This document shows positions 37,826-46,987 of a stretch of DNA of 64,000 bases, piece by piece (within the stretch, counting starts at the first letter, position 1; every line of letters begins with the position of its first letter). Location: the IMG/VR virus record IMGVR_UViG_3300020112_002303, positions 1 to 64,000 of that record; one strand, 5' to 3'. This DNA comes from a virus. Taxonomy: Duplodnaviria; Caudoviricetes. Under the pieces are notes generated by a model. That model saw only the letters and a list, made by a program, of their open reading frames with translations, did no database searches and was not told the DNA's origin. The position numbers and the translations under genes were made by a program.

Positions 37826-38680
37826 TTAAAACGGAGCATCTTCATCGCTGGGTTCGAAATCAACCTCAGGGATACTACCATCATTAGTAGAAAGGTTGTT
37901 TTTCTTGTTTTGCATAGCAAGACTATCAGCATAACTCTTGTATGTATCAACAAGTGCCTTGTAATAATCAGTGTCTACTCCCATTGGGAATTGTTCTGAT
38001 TTTCCGGGATACAATTTCTTATTCATTTCGATTTCGCCGAAATTAAGAGTGTAGAAAGAACCCTTATCATTTGAAACAAAATCGGAACCGATTGTTGTCT
38101 TAAATGAGAAAGCATTTCCGCCGGCCTTATTTGCTATCTTATATAACTTCTGAATAAATTCCTTTGCGGGCTTATAGCTTGCACCGCCTGCCTTAAGTTT
38201 AAACAATGTGCCATCTTCAAGGTTTTGGCAGAGAAGAACATAAGACTGTGAGCAAGGAGAAGATTTTGTCTCTTTATTGAACTTTGCAAATTCGCAATGT
38301 TCACATCCTTGTTCGCTACCGCATCCATCCTCAACTTTTGATTTGCCATCAAAAGAACGGCAAATAGGAGAATCGCCGCGCTTGAAGTTTTCGGACCACA
38401 TTGTTCTGTCTTTTCCAAAATAAATAACAGTGATATCCAACTTTTCAAATTGCTTCTGTTCCTCGCCATTAAGTAAGAAACAACCGGCTGACAATTTACC
38501 CTTGCTTGCAACTACATCTTTTGATGTAGGTTGTAGTAATGTCATAAATGGAACTCTAATTGCTACATCGGATGCGTCAAGACCATCAAATCCAAGTCCT
38601 ACAGATTCCATACCTTCGAATTGAGGAAGAATAATTTCCTCAGTGCTTGCTGTTGTCATTTCTGTGTTTTTTGTTGCCAT
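37826..38680 (-). CDS. putative ssDNA-binding protein
   Basis: P..TLLQ, CRSFDG, C..C..C, acidic DEDAPF tail. Confidence 0.7.
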   Translation of the reverse strand: MATKNTEMTTASTEEIILPQFEGMESVGLGFDGLDASDVAIRVPFMTLLQPTSKDVVASKGKLSAGCFLLNGEEQKQFEKLDITVIYFGKDRTMWSENFKRGDSPICRSFDGKSKVEDGCGSEQGCEHCEFAKFNKETKSSPCSQSYVLLCQNLEDGTLFKLKAGGASYKPAKEFIQKLYKIANKAGGNAFSFKTTIGSDFVSNDKGSFYTLNFGEIEMNKKLYPGKSEQFPMGVDTDYYKALVDTYKSYADSLAMQNKKNNLSTNDGSIPEVDFEPSDEDAPF

Positions 38681-38697
38681 TTTTCATCTTTCCTTTC

Positions 38698-38985
38698 TTA
38701 ATTAAAAAGTGCTCTGCCCGAACGAGTAATCTTTACTTTAACAGTGTTATACGGTTCGGTAACAATTTTTTCGCCCGTCTTTGGATTTTTACATTCACGA
38801 GACGGTACATTAATCTTAACAAGATATCCGCCCGGGATAAGTACTTTTTCCCCTGCTGATAAATCGCTAATGATTTTTTGTTCGATTTTCTCATAGATTT
38901 CTGTCGCCTTAGATGTAGAAATCTGCTGTCCAAGTTCTTCATTCGCAAGATTTTGGACAAATTTGATTTGCTCTGACTTAGTCAT
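38698..38985 (-). CDS. HU/IHF-family DNA-binding protein
   Basis: MTKSE..., GEKVLIPG, RECKNPKTGEKI. Confidence 0.88.
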   Translation of the reverse strand: MTKSEQIKFVQNLANEELGQQISTSKATEIYEKIEQKIISDLSAGEKVLIPGGYLVKINVPSRECKNPKTGEKIVTEPYNTVKVKITRSGRALFN

Positions 38986-39011
38986 TTTTTAAACTCCTAA
39001 CATAATAAAAT

Positions 39012-39044
39012 AAACAGAAATGCACGAAAGGTACATTTCTGTTT
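39012..39044 (-). other. stem-loop in HU leader (terminator or 5' stabiliser)
   Basis: AAACAGAAATGTAC-CTTTC-GTGCATTTCTGTTT on minus strand. Confidence 0.6.
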
Positions 39045-39058
39045 TATAGCTTATACGA
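39041..39058 (-). promoter_or_regulatory. candidate phage-specific promoter/operator, copy 2
   Basis: TCGTATAAGCTATAAAAC. Confidence 0.5.
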
Positions 39059-39088
39059 CTATTTTTTTATATTCATTTTTTTTGCAAG

Positions 39089-39547
39089 CTATTCAATAAC
39101 TTTTTTAAAAGTGTTTCTTACTTCGGCATCAAAAGCGAACAGAACAGTCATATCCATTTTTCCGATATCGGTATCTGTTGAAGCTACTGCGGCATCAAAT
39201 TTATCGAGATCAAACATTTCGATGCATTTTGTGCAAAGTCCAAGTCCATCGGGAAATGTTGCAAATTCTTTTTTACATTCGGGGCAAATGACAACTTTGT
39301 TTATATCGGTCTTATATTTCTTAATGTCAGAATTATAAAACCAATCGTTTGCATCGATAAATTTTCTTATTCCGACTTTTTTAATATCTTCGATAGAATA
39401 TCCGGTATATTCTTCATATTCTTTTGCTTCATGCTTAGTGAAGTGTCGCCATAATCTGTCATAATCTTTTTTCTCTCTTCTTATCAATTTGTTGCCGTTT
39501 ACATATTTGTATTGTACCGGAGAGAATTTAAGTACTTTTTCGCTCAT
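39089..39547 (-). CDS. zinc-finger hypothetical protein
   Basis: CPEC...CTKC; TTTACA-17-TATTCT upstream (39614-39586). Confidence 0.7.
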   Translation of the reverse strand: MSEKVLKFSPVQYKYVNGNKLIRREKKDYDRLWRHFTKHEAKEYEEYTGYSIEDIKKVGIRKFIDANDWFYNSDIKKYKTDINKVVICPECKKEFATFPDGLGLCTKCIEMFDLDKFDAAVASTDTDIGKMDMTVLFAFDAEVRNTFKKVIE

Positions 39548-39723
39548 TGTTCGTTACCTTCTTTTGTTAATTTATTGTTATACAAAGAATATCACATAAT
39601 TCTATTTATGTAAAGATATTTTTTAAAACTAACCTTATTTCATTGATTTTTTAAAATATGCTTTATTTTTTTGATAATAGATGTTATACTATAATCAACA
39701 AAATTTGTAAGGAGGGTTCTATT

Positions 39724-42048
39724 TTGTCATTTTGTAAAACAACTTCTTTTGAATTGAACGGAGATAACACAGAAGTTCTAACAGGCGAATTAAATAAAAC
39801 TGCTTCGTTTTCTTTGCCTGATGGATTCGTGTATGATCCTGAATATCTTTATTTAAAAGTAAGAGCTGTTAGTGGTGGAGAATACTGGGGTTGCAATAAG
39901 AATTACGATTATTTTCCTTGGGAAGAATTAAAAGCTCAAGCCAATACTTTCTTGTCCGCTCATGTATTTAAAAATCATGAAAACAAAAAGATTGAAGATG
40001 CTATCGGCGATATACTTTCAGTTATAGTTAACGATGAAATGAAATGTGTAGAGCTGATAATCAGAATCAGCAAAAGCGTTGCACCATCAATAACTAAAGG
40101 GTTTGAAAAAGGATTCATGACCGATGTTAGTATGGGATGCAGAGTAAAATATTCTGTTTGTTCAATTTGCGGAAACAAAGCAAAAACTAAGGTTGATTTT
40201 TGTGACCACATTAAATACGAACGTGGCCGAATCTATGATGACGGAAGACAAGTTTACGAAATAAATGTTGAGCCAAAATTTCACGATATATCTGCCGTTC
40301 TTAACGGTGCAGAAAAATCGGCAAAAGTATTAGACCTTAAACTTGAAACTTCGGATAATGTTAAAATTGATAGACCTATCACATCTATTAAAGTTGCTTG
40401 TGAGAATCAAAATGCTCTTGAAAAAGTTGCATCAGAAACTCCAATAAAGAGATTTACTTCTCCATTTTATTCTCCCGATATTGAAATGGAACATTTTATA
40501 GACAAGGAAGCACATTTAAATAAAATTTCCGAAATATCAAAGAGATTGGATGGAAAAGTTATTTCCTCATCTATTTCTGAATACAGGGATGATTTAGAAA
40601 AAAGATTGGGTAATATTGTTCCTCAACTTAAAATGCTATATGAAGATTTTCTTGATGAAAGATCCTGTGTTGATATAGGAAGAAAACTTCAGCGAATAGC
40701 CGACGAAAATCATTTAACAGAAAATGCTGTGTTCGGAAAATTCCTCGAATGCGCAGATTATTGTTCGATAGAATTTTCACCGCTTGAAATTTCACTGATA
40801 TTCAAATCTCTTATAGGTAAAAAAGTCAGCGAACAAAATCCTGCTCCTGAAATTCCGCAAAATCTTGATTCCGCGTACTCGGAGAATATTCCGTCAGGCG
40901 TCACCTGCACCAAAGTTCTTCGAGCTATTCCGAGAATGCAAACCTCATTACCCGCACTATCAAATAGTTCAAATCCTGGAACTGCGGCAAAGATTATTAT
41001 AATGAAAAGAATTTCAGGCACGCCGAAAGACGATGGTGTCGACACAGTTCGGAATATTTCTCCGATACTTGATATCCTTCGTCCTCTTATGGAAAGTCGT
41101 AGTATGCAAGCACAGTTCTTAGGGCCTCGTCTTACGAAGATGGCTTCTGAAAAGAGGAAACCAAATTTTGCAAGAGCTTCTAAGCATTTTGCTCCCATTC
41201 TGAAACTCAACAATCCTATATTTAAAACGGCTTCTGATATTGAAGATTTTGTAACAGGATATGCTTGGGCTGCTTACGAAAAAGAAAGAGAAGTAAGAGC
41301 GATGTCAAACAACTTTGACAGTAACGCAGAAAAAATCGCTTGCTTAATGGATGATGAATGCTTATCAAAACAAGCATCAGCTTTTACAAAATCATTAACT
41401 ATTGGTGTTCCTGCCGCATATGCTTATTCTGCTTGGCAAAGAGCAAGAATGAGAAACGGCAAGAAAGTATCGAGTATAAACAGAGCTATTGCAGAGAATC
41501 CTGATGGAACAGCCATGACTCAATTTTTAGCCGTAAACGGCGCCGCTAAATTTTTAAATAAAAATAAAACAGGTCAAGCAATAAAGAGTGGTGCAACCGG
41601 TATCGGTCGTGCGGTAAAAAGCGGAATAACTAACAATAAAATCGTAAAAGGCATTACAAATAAGATTCCAAAAGTTGCATTTGAAAAAAATATTATTGAA
41701 AATTCGTCTTTGGTATTGAATAATTCTGATATTGACGATATAATGATAAAAGAGGGTTATACTATTGACGATGTCAAGGCTATTAAAGCAAGTATTGTTT
41801 TCAACGAACTCAAAAAGGACGATTTAGCTGGAGATGTTTTGAAAAAAGCATCGTTAAATGAGGAAGATGTTAAAAATTACTTGCATTCCGCCAAAGACTT
41901 TGTTAAAATAAACCTTGAGAAAAATGCTCAACTTATATCTGATATGTCCTGCGGTAAATTAGGAGATGGAGATATGTTGGATATTGGAATGTTATCGAAA
42001 CTATACGATATTAAAAAAACATTTTTCAAAAAACCGAAAGGAGAATAA
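39724..42048 (+). CDS. prohead protease (assemblin/HK97-like fold) with long KxA-rich extension
   Basis: N.N.D.F, FKNH, VSMGC, CSICGN..CDH, F.DISAV; upstream of scaffolds and MCP; TTG start after GGAGG. Confidence 0.75.
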   Translation: MSFCKTTSFELNGDNTEVLTGELNKTASFSLPDGFVYDPEYLYLKVRAVSGGEYWGCNKNYDYFPWEELKAQANTFLSAHVFKNHENKKIEDAIGDILSVIVNDEMKCVELIIRISKSVAPSITKGFEKGFMTDVSMGCRVKYSVCSICGNKAKTKVDFCDHIKYERGRIYDDGRQVYEINVEPKFHDISAVLNGAEKSAKVLDLKLETSDNVKIDRPITSIKVACENQNALEKVASETPIKRFTSPFYSPDIEMEHFIDKEAHLNKISEISKRLDGKVISSSISEYRDDLEKRLGNIVPQLKMLYEDFLDERSCVDIGRKLQRIADENHLTENAVFGKFLECADYCSIEFSPLEISLIFKSLIGKKVSEQNPAPEIPQNLDSAYSENIPSGVTCTKVLRAIPRMQTSLPALSNSSNPGTAAKIIIMKRISGTPKDDGVDTVRNISPILDILRPLMESRSMQAQFLGPRLTKMASEKRKPNFARASKHFAPILKLNNPIFKTASDIEDFVTGYAWAAYEKEREVRAMSNNFDSNAEKIACLMDDECLSKQASAFTKSLTIGVPAAYAYSAWQRARMRNGKKVSSINRAIAENPDGTAMTQFLAVNGAAKFLNKNKTGQAIKSGATGIGRAVKSGITNNKIVKGITNKIPKVAFEKNIIENSSLVLNNSDIDDIMIKEGYTIDDVKAIKASIVFNELKKDDLAGDVLKKASLNEEDVKNYLHSAKDFVKINLEKNAQLISDMSCGKLGDGDMLDIGMLSKLYDIKKTFFKKPKGE

Positions 42049-42052
42049 TTTC

Positions 42053-42625
42053 ATGGATGCAAAAAATTCTATGCTCTCTGCATTTGAATCTCTTGGGTTA
42101 GATCCAAACTATTCTAATGTATCAGAGAAAACAGCAGACGAAATCGAAGACGATGTTGAGGTCGTTGACGACAATATCGATCTTGCCGGTTATTTAAAAT
42201 TTGCAGAAAGTCTCTCAGAAGCTGCAGAAGATGACGGCGACGATTCCGATGTTAACGAAGGCGCTGATGATGACAATGATGATGATGTAGTTATCGAAAA
42301 CGCTGACGAAGGCGACGAAAGCGTTGCTGACGAAGGTGCTGACGAAGGTGCTGACGAAGGTGCTGACGAAGGCGAAGGTGCTGATGTTGAGGCTTCGGAA
42401 AGTGATGCCGAGGTTGAAAAGTTTGCTTACGAAGTGATCGAAACAAAGATGGATATGTTAGGTCTTTCTTTGAAAGATTATGTAGAACGTCAAATTCAAA
42501 ATGAAGTTCTTGCTGAAACAATCTCTGTTGATGCTGAGAAAGTTGCTTCTGTTACTCAAGTGTCTCCGTATAAAGTTGCGGACGATATGATTGATGCTTT
42601 GATTTCAAAATTGTCACAGTCTTAA
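42053..42625 (+). CDS. acidic scaffold-like protein
   Basis: D/E-rich; EKTA, KFA, EKFA, EKVAS sites. Confidence 0.65.
   Translation: MDAKNSMLSAFESLGLDPNYSNVSEKTADEIEDDVEVVDDNIDLAGYLKFAESLSEAAEDDGDDSDVNEGADDDNDDDVVIENADEGDESVADEGADEGADEGADEGEGADVEASESDAEVEKFAYEVIETKMDMLGLSLKDYVERQIQNEVLAETISVDAEKVASVTQVSPYKVADDMIDALISKLSQS
42326..42373 (+). repeat. 4 x 12-bp tandem repeat (ADEG)
   Basis: GCTGACGAAGG(T/C) x4. Confidence 0.9.
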
Positions 42626-42641
42626 AAGGCGGTGACGGTTC

Positions 42642-43088
42642 ATGAAAAAGAGGCAAAAAAACCTTGTACGAATGTCTGATCTTCAAGGTCTTTTAAAAAA
42701 AGCTTCTGTAGCAGTGAACGAATTAACAAGCGAATTAGCGAAGTACAAAGATGCTTACGAAAAAAAGGTTGTAGAAAATCAATCTTTAAGATTAGAAGCC
42801 AAAAGACTTCGTGAAGAGCTATCTAAGATCAAAAAGCGTTCGTATGTAGATAGTCTTATTGGTGAAATGGTCGATAAGAGACTTGTTAAACCGAGTCAAA
42901 AAGAGGTTAGAGCTTCGGAACTTATGGACATGGACAACAGTTCACTTGAAGCACTAAAGAATGCTATTGATTCTGTTGAAAAGCTAAATACCGAAAAACT
43001 CGGAGTTCAAAGCTTTCAGTATCTTTTTGATGAGAATCCCGGATACGAAGAAAAAGAAGACATGCTAACAAATTTTAGTAGAAATTAA
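42642..43088 (+). CDS. coiled-coil scaffold-like protein
   Basis: heptad pattern, KKAS site, position before decoration/MCP genes. Confidence 0.6.
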   Translation: MKKRQKNLVRMSDLQGLLKKASVAVNELTSELAKYKDAYEKKVVENQSLRLEAKRLREELSKIKKRSYVDSLIGEMVDKRLVKPSQKEVRASELMDMDNSSLEALKNAIDSVEKLNTEKLGVQSFQYLFDENPGYEEKEDMLTNFSRN

Positions 43089-43103
43089 GCGAGGTAGAAA
43101 ATA

Positions 43104-43703
43104 ATGATTAAACCTGCAAACAGATTTGATAATTATACTTACAGGGTATCAGAGTATAATGTTGCAAGTTCCCTTTTGGGTTCTACGCTCGAAGCAGGAA
43201 CATTTGTTAAGGTTAACTCTAATCACGAGTTAATTAAGGCAACTGGTGCTTCAGGTGAAAAAGCATTCATTATGACATCCTCTGAAGTAGTCGGAAGAGA
43301 TACTCTTACCGGAAGAGCAACTTGTAAGGGCAATATCCTTATGGGTGCTCATATTCTTGATACCGATCAGTTTGATAAAACCGAAGGTGTTACTTATGCG
43401 CCGGGCAAGGCATTAAAAGTGTCTGCAAACGGTATTCTTACACCTGTAACAATAGCCGTTTATAATGCTGTAACAGGTGAAACCGCTCCTGAATGGGTAG
43501 CAAATACCTATTATTCAAAGAGTGGCAACGCATATATTTTGACAACTGAACAGCCTGCTGATTGGGCAACAACCTATACATCTTATTATACAAAGTCAAT
43601 AGTGGATGGTGTTGATGCTTCAATCGTAAAAGGCACAATTGTTGCTTATGCTCTTTCCGGAGTACAAAGCGACGGCACAATTAGGGTTTATATTTTGCCG
43701 TAA
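43104..43703 (+). CDS. capsid decoration protein, paralog 1 (with aromatic insert)
   Basis: paralogous to 43759-44232; lies upstream of MCP. Confidence 0.7.
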   Translation: MIKPANRFDNYTYRVSEYNVASSLLGSTLEAGTFVKVNSNHELIKATGASGEKAFIMTSSEVVGRDTLTGRATCKGNILMGAHILDTDQFDKTEGVTYAPGKALKVSANGILTPVTIAVYNAVTGETAPEWVANTYYSKSGNAYILTTEQPADWATTYTSYYTKSIVDGVDASIVKGTIVAYALSGVQSDGTIRVYILP

Positions 43704-43758
43704 GGTAAAGTTTTAAACAAATAAAATATTTAAAAACAAAAAATAAGGAGGAACCTCA

Positions 43759-44232
43759 ATGATTCAATTTAGTAATCGTTATGATGCATATGCTTACAGA
43801 AATTCTCAGTTTCCACTCTCAGAAGCTCTTAAGGGTTCAAATTTCGAGGCTGGTATTTTTGTAACATTAAATGCTAACGGAGAACTCGTTTTGCCAACAG
43901 ACGCAGGCACCGCAGGCGGTGGCTCAGCAACAGGCGTTAAAGTGGCAGGCGAAAAAGTATTCATGCTCACAACCTCAAAGGTTGCAGGTCGTGATCTCGT
44001 TTCTGGCAAGGCAACCACAAAGGGTAATGTACTTATGGGTGCATTTATCGCTGCTACTAACCAGTACGATGCAACAGGAACTTATGCTCCTGGCACCGCT
44101 CTTACAGTTAAGCCTGATGGCAAACTCAAGCCAATCACTCCTACAGCAAGTGTTGTAGAAGGTGATATTGTCGGCTATTGCGTATCCGGCGTTCAAGAAG
44201 ATAGCACAATCAGAGTTTACATCTTACCATAA
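43759..44232 (+). CDS. capsid decoration protein, paralog 2
   Basis: EAG.FV, T.QYD..YAPG..L.V..G.L.P; strong RBS. Confidence 0.7.
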   Translation: MIQFSNRYDAYAYRNSQFPLSEALKGSNFEAGIFVTLNANGELVLPTDAGTAGGGSATGVKVAGEKVFMLTTSKVAGRDLVSGKATTKGNVLMGAFIAATNQYDATGTYAPGTALTVKPDGKLKPITPTASVVEGDIVGYCVSGVQEDSTIRVYILP

Positions 44233-44263
44233 ATAATATTTATTAGAAAGGAACGTGTCCAAT

Positions 44264-45328
44264 ATGGCAAATACAAGAATTAAGACAGCTTCAGAGACTG
44301 TCAGCGCAGATTACAATATCGCAAGAATGCTTGAAGAGCCCGATGGTTTTAACAAGATCGCTCTTGAAAAGCTTCCCCCATTCATTCGTGAACTTCGTGA
44401 TTATGAGGCTTTCGGTAGAAAGATTCTTATGACTCACAATGTTTCTTCTGAAGACCTTCACCTCATTGATGGTGAACCTTATGTTTACTATCCGAAGGAT
44501 CAAAATGCTCATGCGGCATTCTTCGGTGATGATGCAGAGACTCCTCGTTACCAAGTTGAAGGCGACGGCGTTAATGTTGGTATTATGACCATCATTTCCG
44601 ACAACCACACCATTCATCTTAAGAGATTGATGGTTCAAAAGTATCAATATCTTGAGCGTGTTCGTGAGCTTTCTGCTCAATCTATGGTTAAGGCTGAAGA
44701 CCTTAAGATTATTGAACTTACCGAGCGTTTGCTCATGGGTAACGGCGGCGACGGTGCTACCGGCCACTCAGCTCCTGCTAATGCTGGCCAAATCGCAACA
44801 ACTACATCTACCGTACTCCAAAAGAATGATCTTATCGGTCTTATGCAAAAGATTTCTCAGAACGACATCCCTGTTGGTGCTTTCGTAATGAACCAAGCTA
44901 CTATCCAAGACACTCTTAAGTGGGGCTTTGGTACTACCGGTTCTGATATCGACCAGCTCACACAGAGAGAGATGCTCGAAACCGGCGTTAAGTATAAGTT
45001 CTGGAATATCCCGATGGTTACATCTCGTATTATCCCAAGAACTCTCGTATACTGCTATGCTGACAAGGAATTTGTTGGCCGTATGCCAATCCTTAAGGAC
45101 TTGACCGTTGAACTCACCAATACTTCTACTCGTCTTGAAAAGGGTTTGTTTATGTATGAGTTCGTAGGTATGTACCTTGCTTCTCAAAAGGCAGTTGCAA
45201 AACTTATCATCGGCTTTACTGACGGCGACAAGAAGATTCACCTTACTAGCGATGCTGAAGGTGTTTATGCTCGTGAAATGGAAATTATCAAAGACATCAA
45301 GGGTTACGGCTCTCGCGAAGGTCGCTAA
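44264..45328 (+). CDS. major capsid protein (HK97 fold)
   Basis: about 354 aa, strongly biased codon usage, LRDYEAFGRK, KAEDLKII, FVMN, IPMVTSRIIP; followed by terminator. Confidence 0.85.
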   Translation: MANTRIKTASETVSADYNIARMLEEPDGFNKIALEKLPPFIRELRDYEAFGRKILMTHNVSSEDLHLIDGEPYVYYPKDQNAHAAFFGDDAETPRYQVEGDGVNVGIMTIISDNHTIHLKRLMVQKYQYLERVRELSAQSMVKAEDLKIIELTERLLMGNGGDGATGHSAPANAGQIATTTSTVLQKNDLIGLMQKISQNDIPVGAFVMNQATIQDTLKWGFGTTGSDIDQLTQREMLETGVKYKFWNIPMVTSRIIPRTLVYCYADKEFVGRMPILKDLTVELTNTSTRLEKGLFMYEFVGMYLASQKAVAKLIIGFTDGDKKIHLTSDAEGVYAREMEIIKDIKGYGSREGR

Positions 45329-45363
45329 TTTAACACCATAATTTATCATAAGCGAGTTTTGAT

Positions 45364-45398
45364 TACGAGAGCAGGGATTTTCCTTGCTCTCGTATTTT
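45364..45398 (+). terminator. intrinsic terminator after MCP
   Basis: TACGAGAGCAGGGA-ttt-TCCTTGCTCTCGTA-TTTT. Confidence 0.85.
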
Positions 45399-45423
45399 AA
45401 AATAACAACAAAGGAGAACAATT

Positions 45424-45852
45424 ATGATTACAATTAAAGTAAAATATATCGGCAATGACGAAGAAGGAATTCTTATTGGCGGAGAACTTTGTCGACCAGG
45501 AAAAGTGAGAGAAGTCACTATTGATGAAGAACAATTGGAAGTTCTCAAGAAAGCGACGAAGAGAGTTCCTCCGTGGATTGAATTAACTGATTACGATGTA
45601 GCTGTTGCCGAAGAAACTGTTGAAAAAACTGTTGAAGAACCGGTTGTTGAAGAAACAGTTGTTGAAGAAACAGTTGTTGAAGAAACAGTTGTTGAAGAAA
45701 CAGTTGTTGAAGAAACAGTTGTTGAAGAAACAGTTGAAGAAACAGTTGAAGAAACAGTTGAAGAAACAGTTGATGAACCGGCTGTTGAAGAAGTAGCTAC
45801 TGAAAAAGTAGCCGAAGAAGCTCCGAAGACCAAAAAAGGTCGCAAAAAATAA
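45424..45852 (+). CDS. small post-capsid protein with VVEET repeats and basic tail
   Basis: AAGGAG RBS; low-complexity linker. Confidence 0.75.
   Translation: MITIKVKYIGNDEEGILIGGELCRPGKVREVTIDEEQLEVLKKATKRVPPWIELTDYDVAVAEETVEKTVEEPVVEETVVEETVVEETVVEETVVEETVVEETVEETVEETVEETVDEPAVEEVATEKVAEEAPKTKKGRKK
45643..45768 (+). repeat. 6 x 15-bp + 3 x 12-bp perfect tandem repeat
   Basis: GTTGTTGAAGAAACA x6, GTTGAAGAAACA x3. Confidence 0.95.
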
Positions 45853-45874
45853 ATGAAAGAAATCGGTGTTAAAT

Positions 45875-46450
45875 ATGATTGCTGAAATAAATAAGGTTTT
45901 TTCGGTATCTTTTTTAGTCACTGATAGCGCGGGGCAGTCTGTAACTAACGATTGCCCCGTTTTGACTATTAGAAATGCGCAAACAAACAAGTACTTTAAT
46001 GGAGTTTCTTGGTCTGATTCCCCGTCCGAATTATCAATGAATCGTTTATCAGTATCGGGCGGCGTCTATACTTGTTCGTTTACTCCTAATATATCGGGAG
46101 AATACGATATAAAATGTACAAGTAAAGATTACGGAGTAGAATCATTTTGCAGTATCAATGTAGGGCTATCAGATAGCGAACCATACACTCAAAGTTTGAA
46201 CCTATCTGAAGTATCGATAGGAAGTTTTAATTTTGATAACGGAAAAGATACTAACAGTGTAATAAAAACTCTCGGAAACAATCCTCTTGGTGGAGTAAAA
46301 ATATCATGTATCAATGCTAACGGTGGTATTACGGCAAGTTCGCTATCAACCTCTGGTGGAGAATGGGCAATGTCAATTCCTCACGGTACATATACTTTTA
46401 TATTCGAAAAAGACGGATTCATATCAAAGAGTTATGTGAGGACGGTGTAA
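45875..46450 (+). CDS. virion protein with two beta-sandwich domains
   Basis: carboxypeptidase-regulatory-like C-terminus (G.YTFIFEKDGF). Confidence 0.6.
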   Translation: MIAEINKVFSVSFLVTDSAGQSVTNDCPVLTIRNAQTNKYFNGVSWSDSPSELSMNRLSVSGGVYTCSFTPNISGEYDIKCTSKDYGVESFCSINVGLSDSEPYTQSLNLSEVSIGSFNFDNGKDTNSVIKTLGNNPLGGVKISCINANGGITASSLSTSGGEWAMSIPHGTYTFIFEKDGFISKSYVRTV

Positions 46451-46453
46451 AAA

Positions 46454-46984
46454 ATGCCAATATATTTAGAAAGAATAAGTGATATATCCGGCAATTATAC
46501 ACCGGAAGAAAAAGAAATATTGCTTTCCTTAACCGAATCGTTCAGGTTGATTATTGCTGATGATGATGCAACGAAAAATATTCTTAATAAACAAAAACTT
46601 ACGTACACGAATAAAAAAATAATAAGTTTACTTGAAAGAGCAGTTTCCGATATAAATGTTTCCGCTCCAATGACTAAATATTCTCTTTTTGATATTTATT
46701 TTAAATCGGGAGAGATGTTGATAGTTAAAGGTGCAGTAATATTTGCGTTATTGTCTGAAGGTCTTCTTCAAACAAAGAATCAAACGAATTTTAATGACTC
46801 AGGATTAAGTATAAACTTTTTTGACAAAACCCCATTATATCAGAGTTGGTTAGGAATGCTTGTTAATGACTATCTATCTCTTAAAAACGAGTTTAAGTCA
46901 AGCGTTATTGCCTCGTCTCCAAATTCAGGATTCTATGGTGTAACATCAGAATTCGGCTACGGACCATTTGCATGGTGGAGGTAA
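46454..46984 (+). CDS. putative head-tail adaptor
   Basis: position, helical 176 aa. Confidence 0.5.
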   Translation: MPIYLERISDISGNYTPEEKEILLSLTESFRLIIADDDATKNILNKQKLTYTNKKIISLLERAVSDINVSAPMTKYSLFDIYFKSGEMLIVKGAVIFALLSEGLLQTKNQTNFNDSGLSINFFDKTPLYQSWLGMLVNDYLSLKNEFKSSVIASSPNSGFYGVTSEFGYGPFAWWR

Positions 46985-46987
46985 GCG

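Noticed and set aside
44291-45421. Long antisense ORFs over MCP (and similar short shadows elsewhere)
   Set aside because: Explained by codon bias of the sense gene; no RBS or motifs
45643-45768. CRISPR-like array
   Set aside because: Contiguous in-frame coding repeats without spacers; no cas genes
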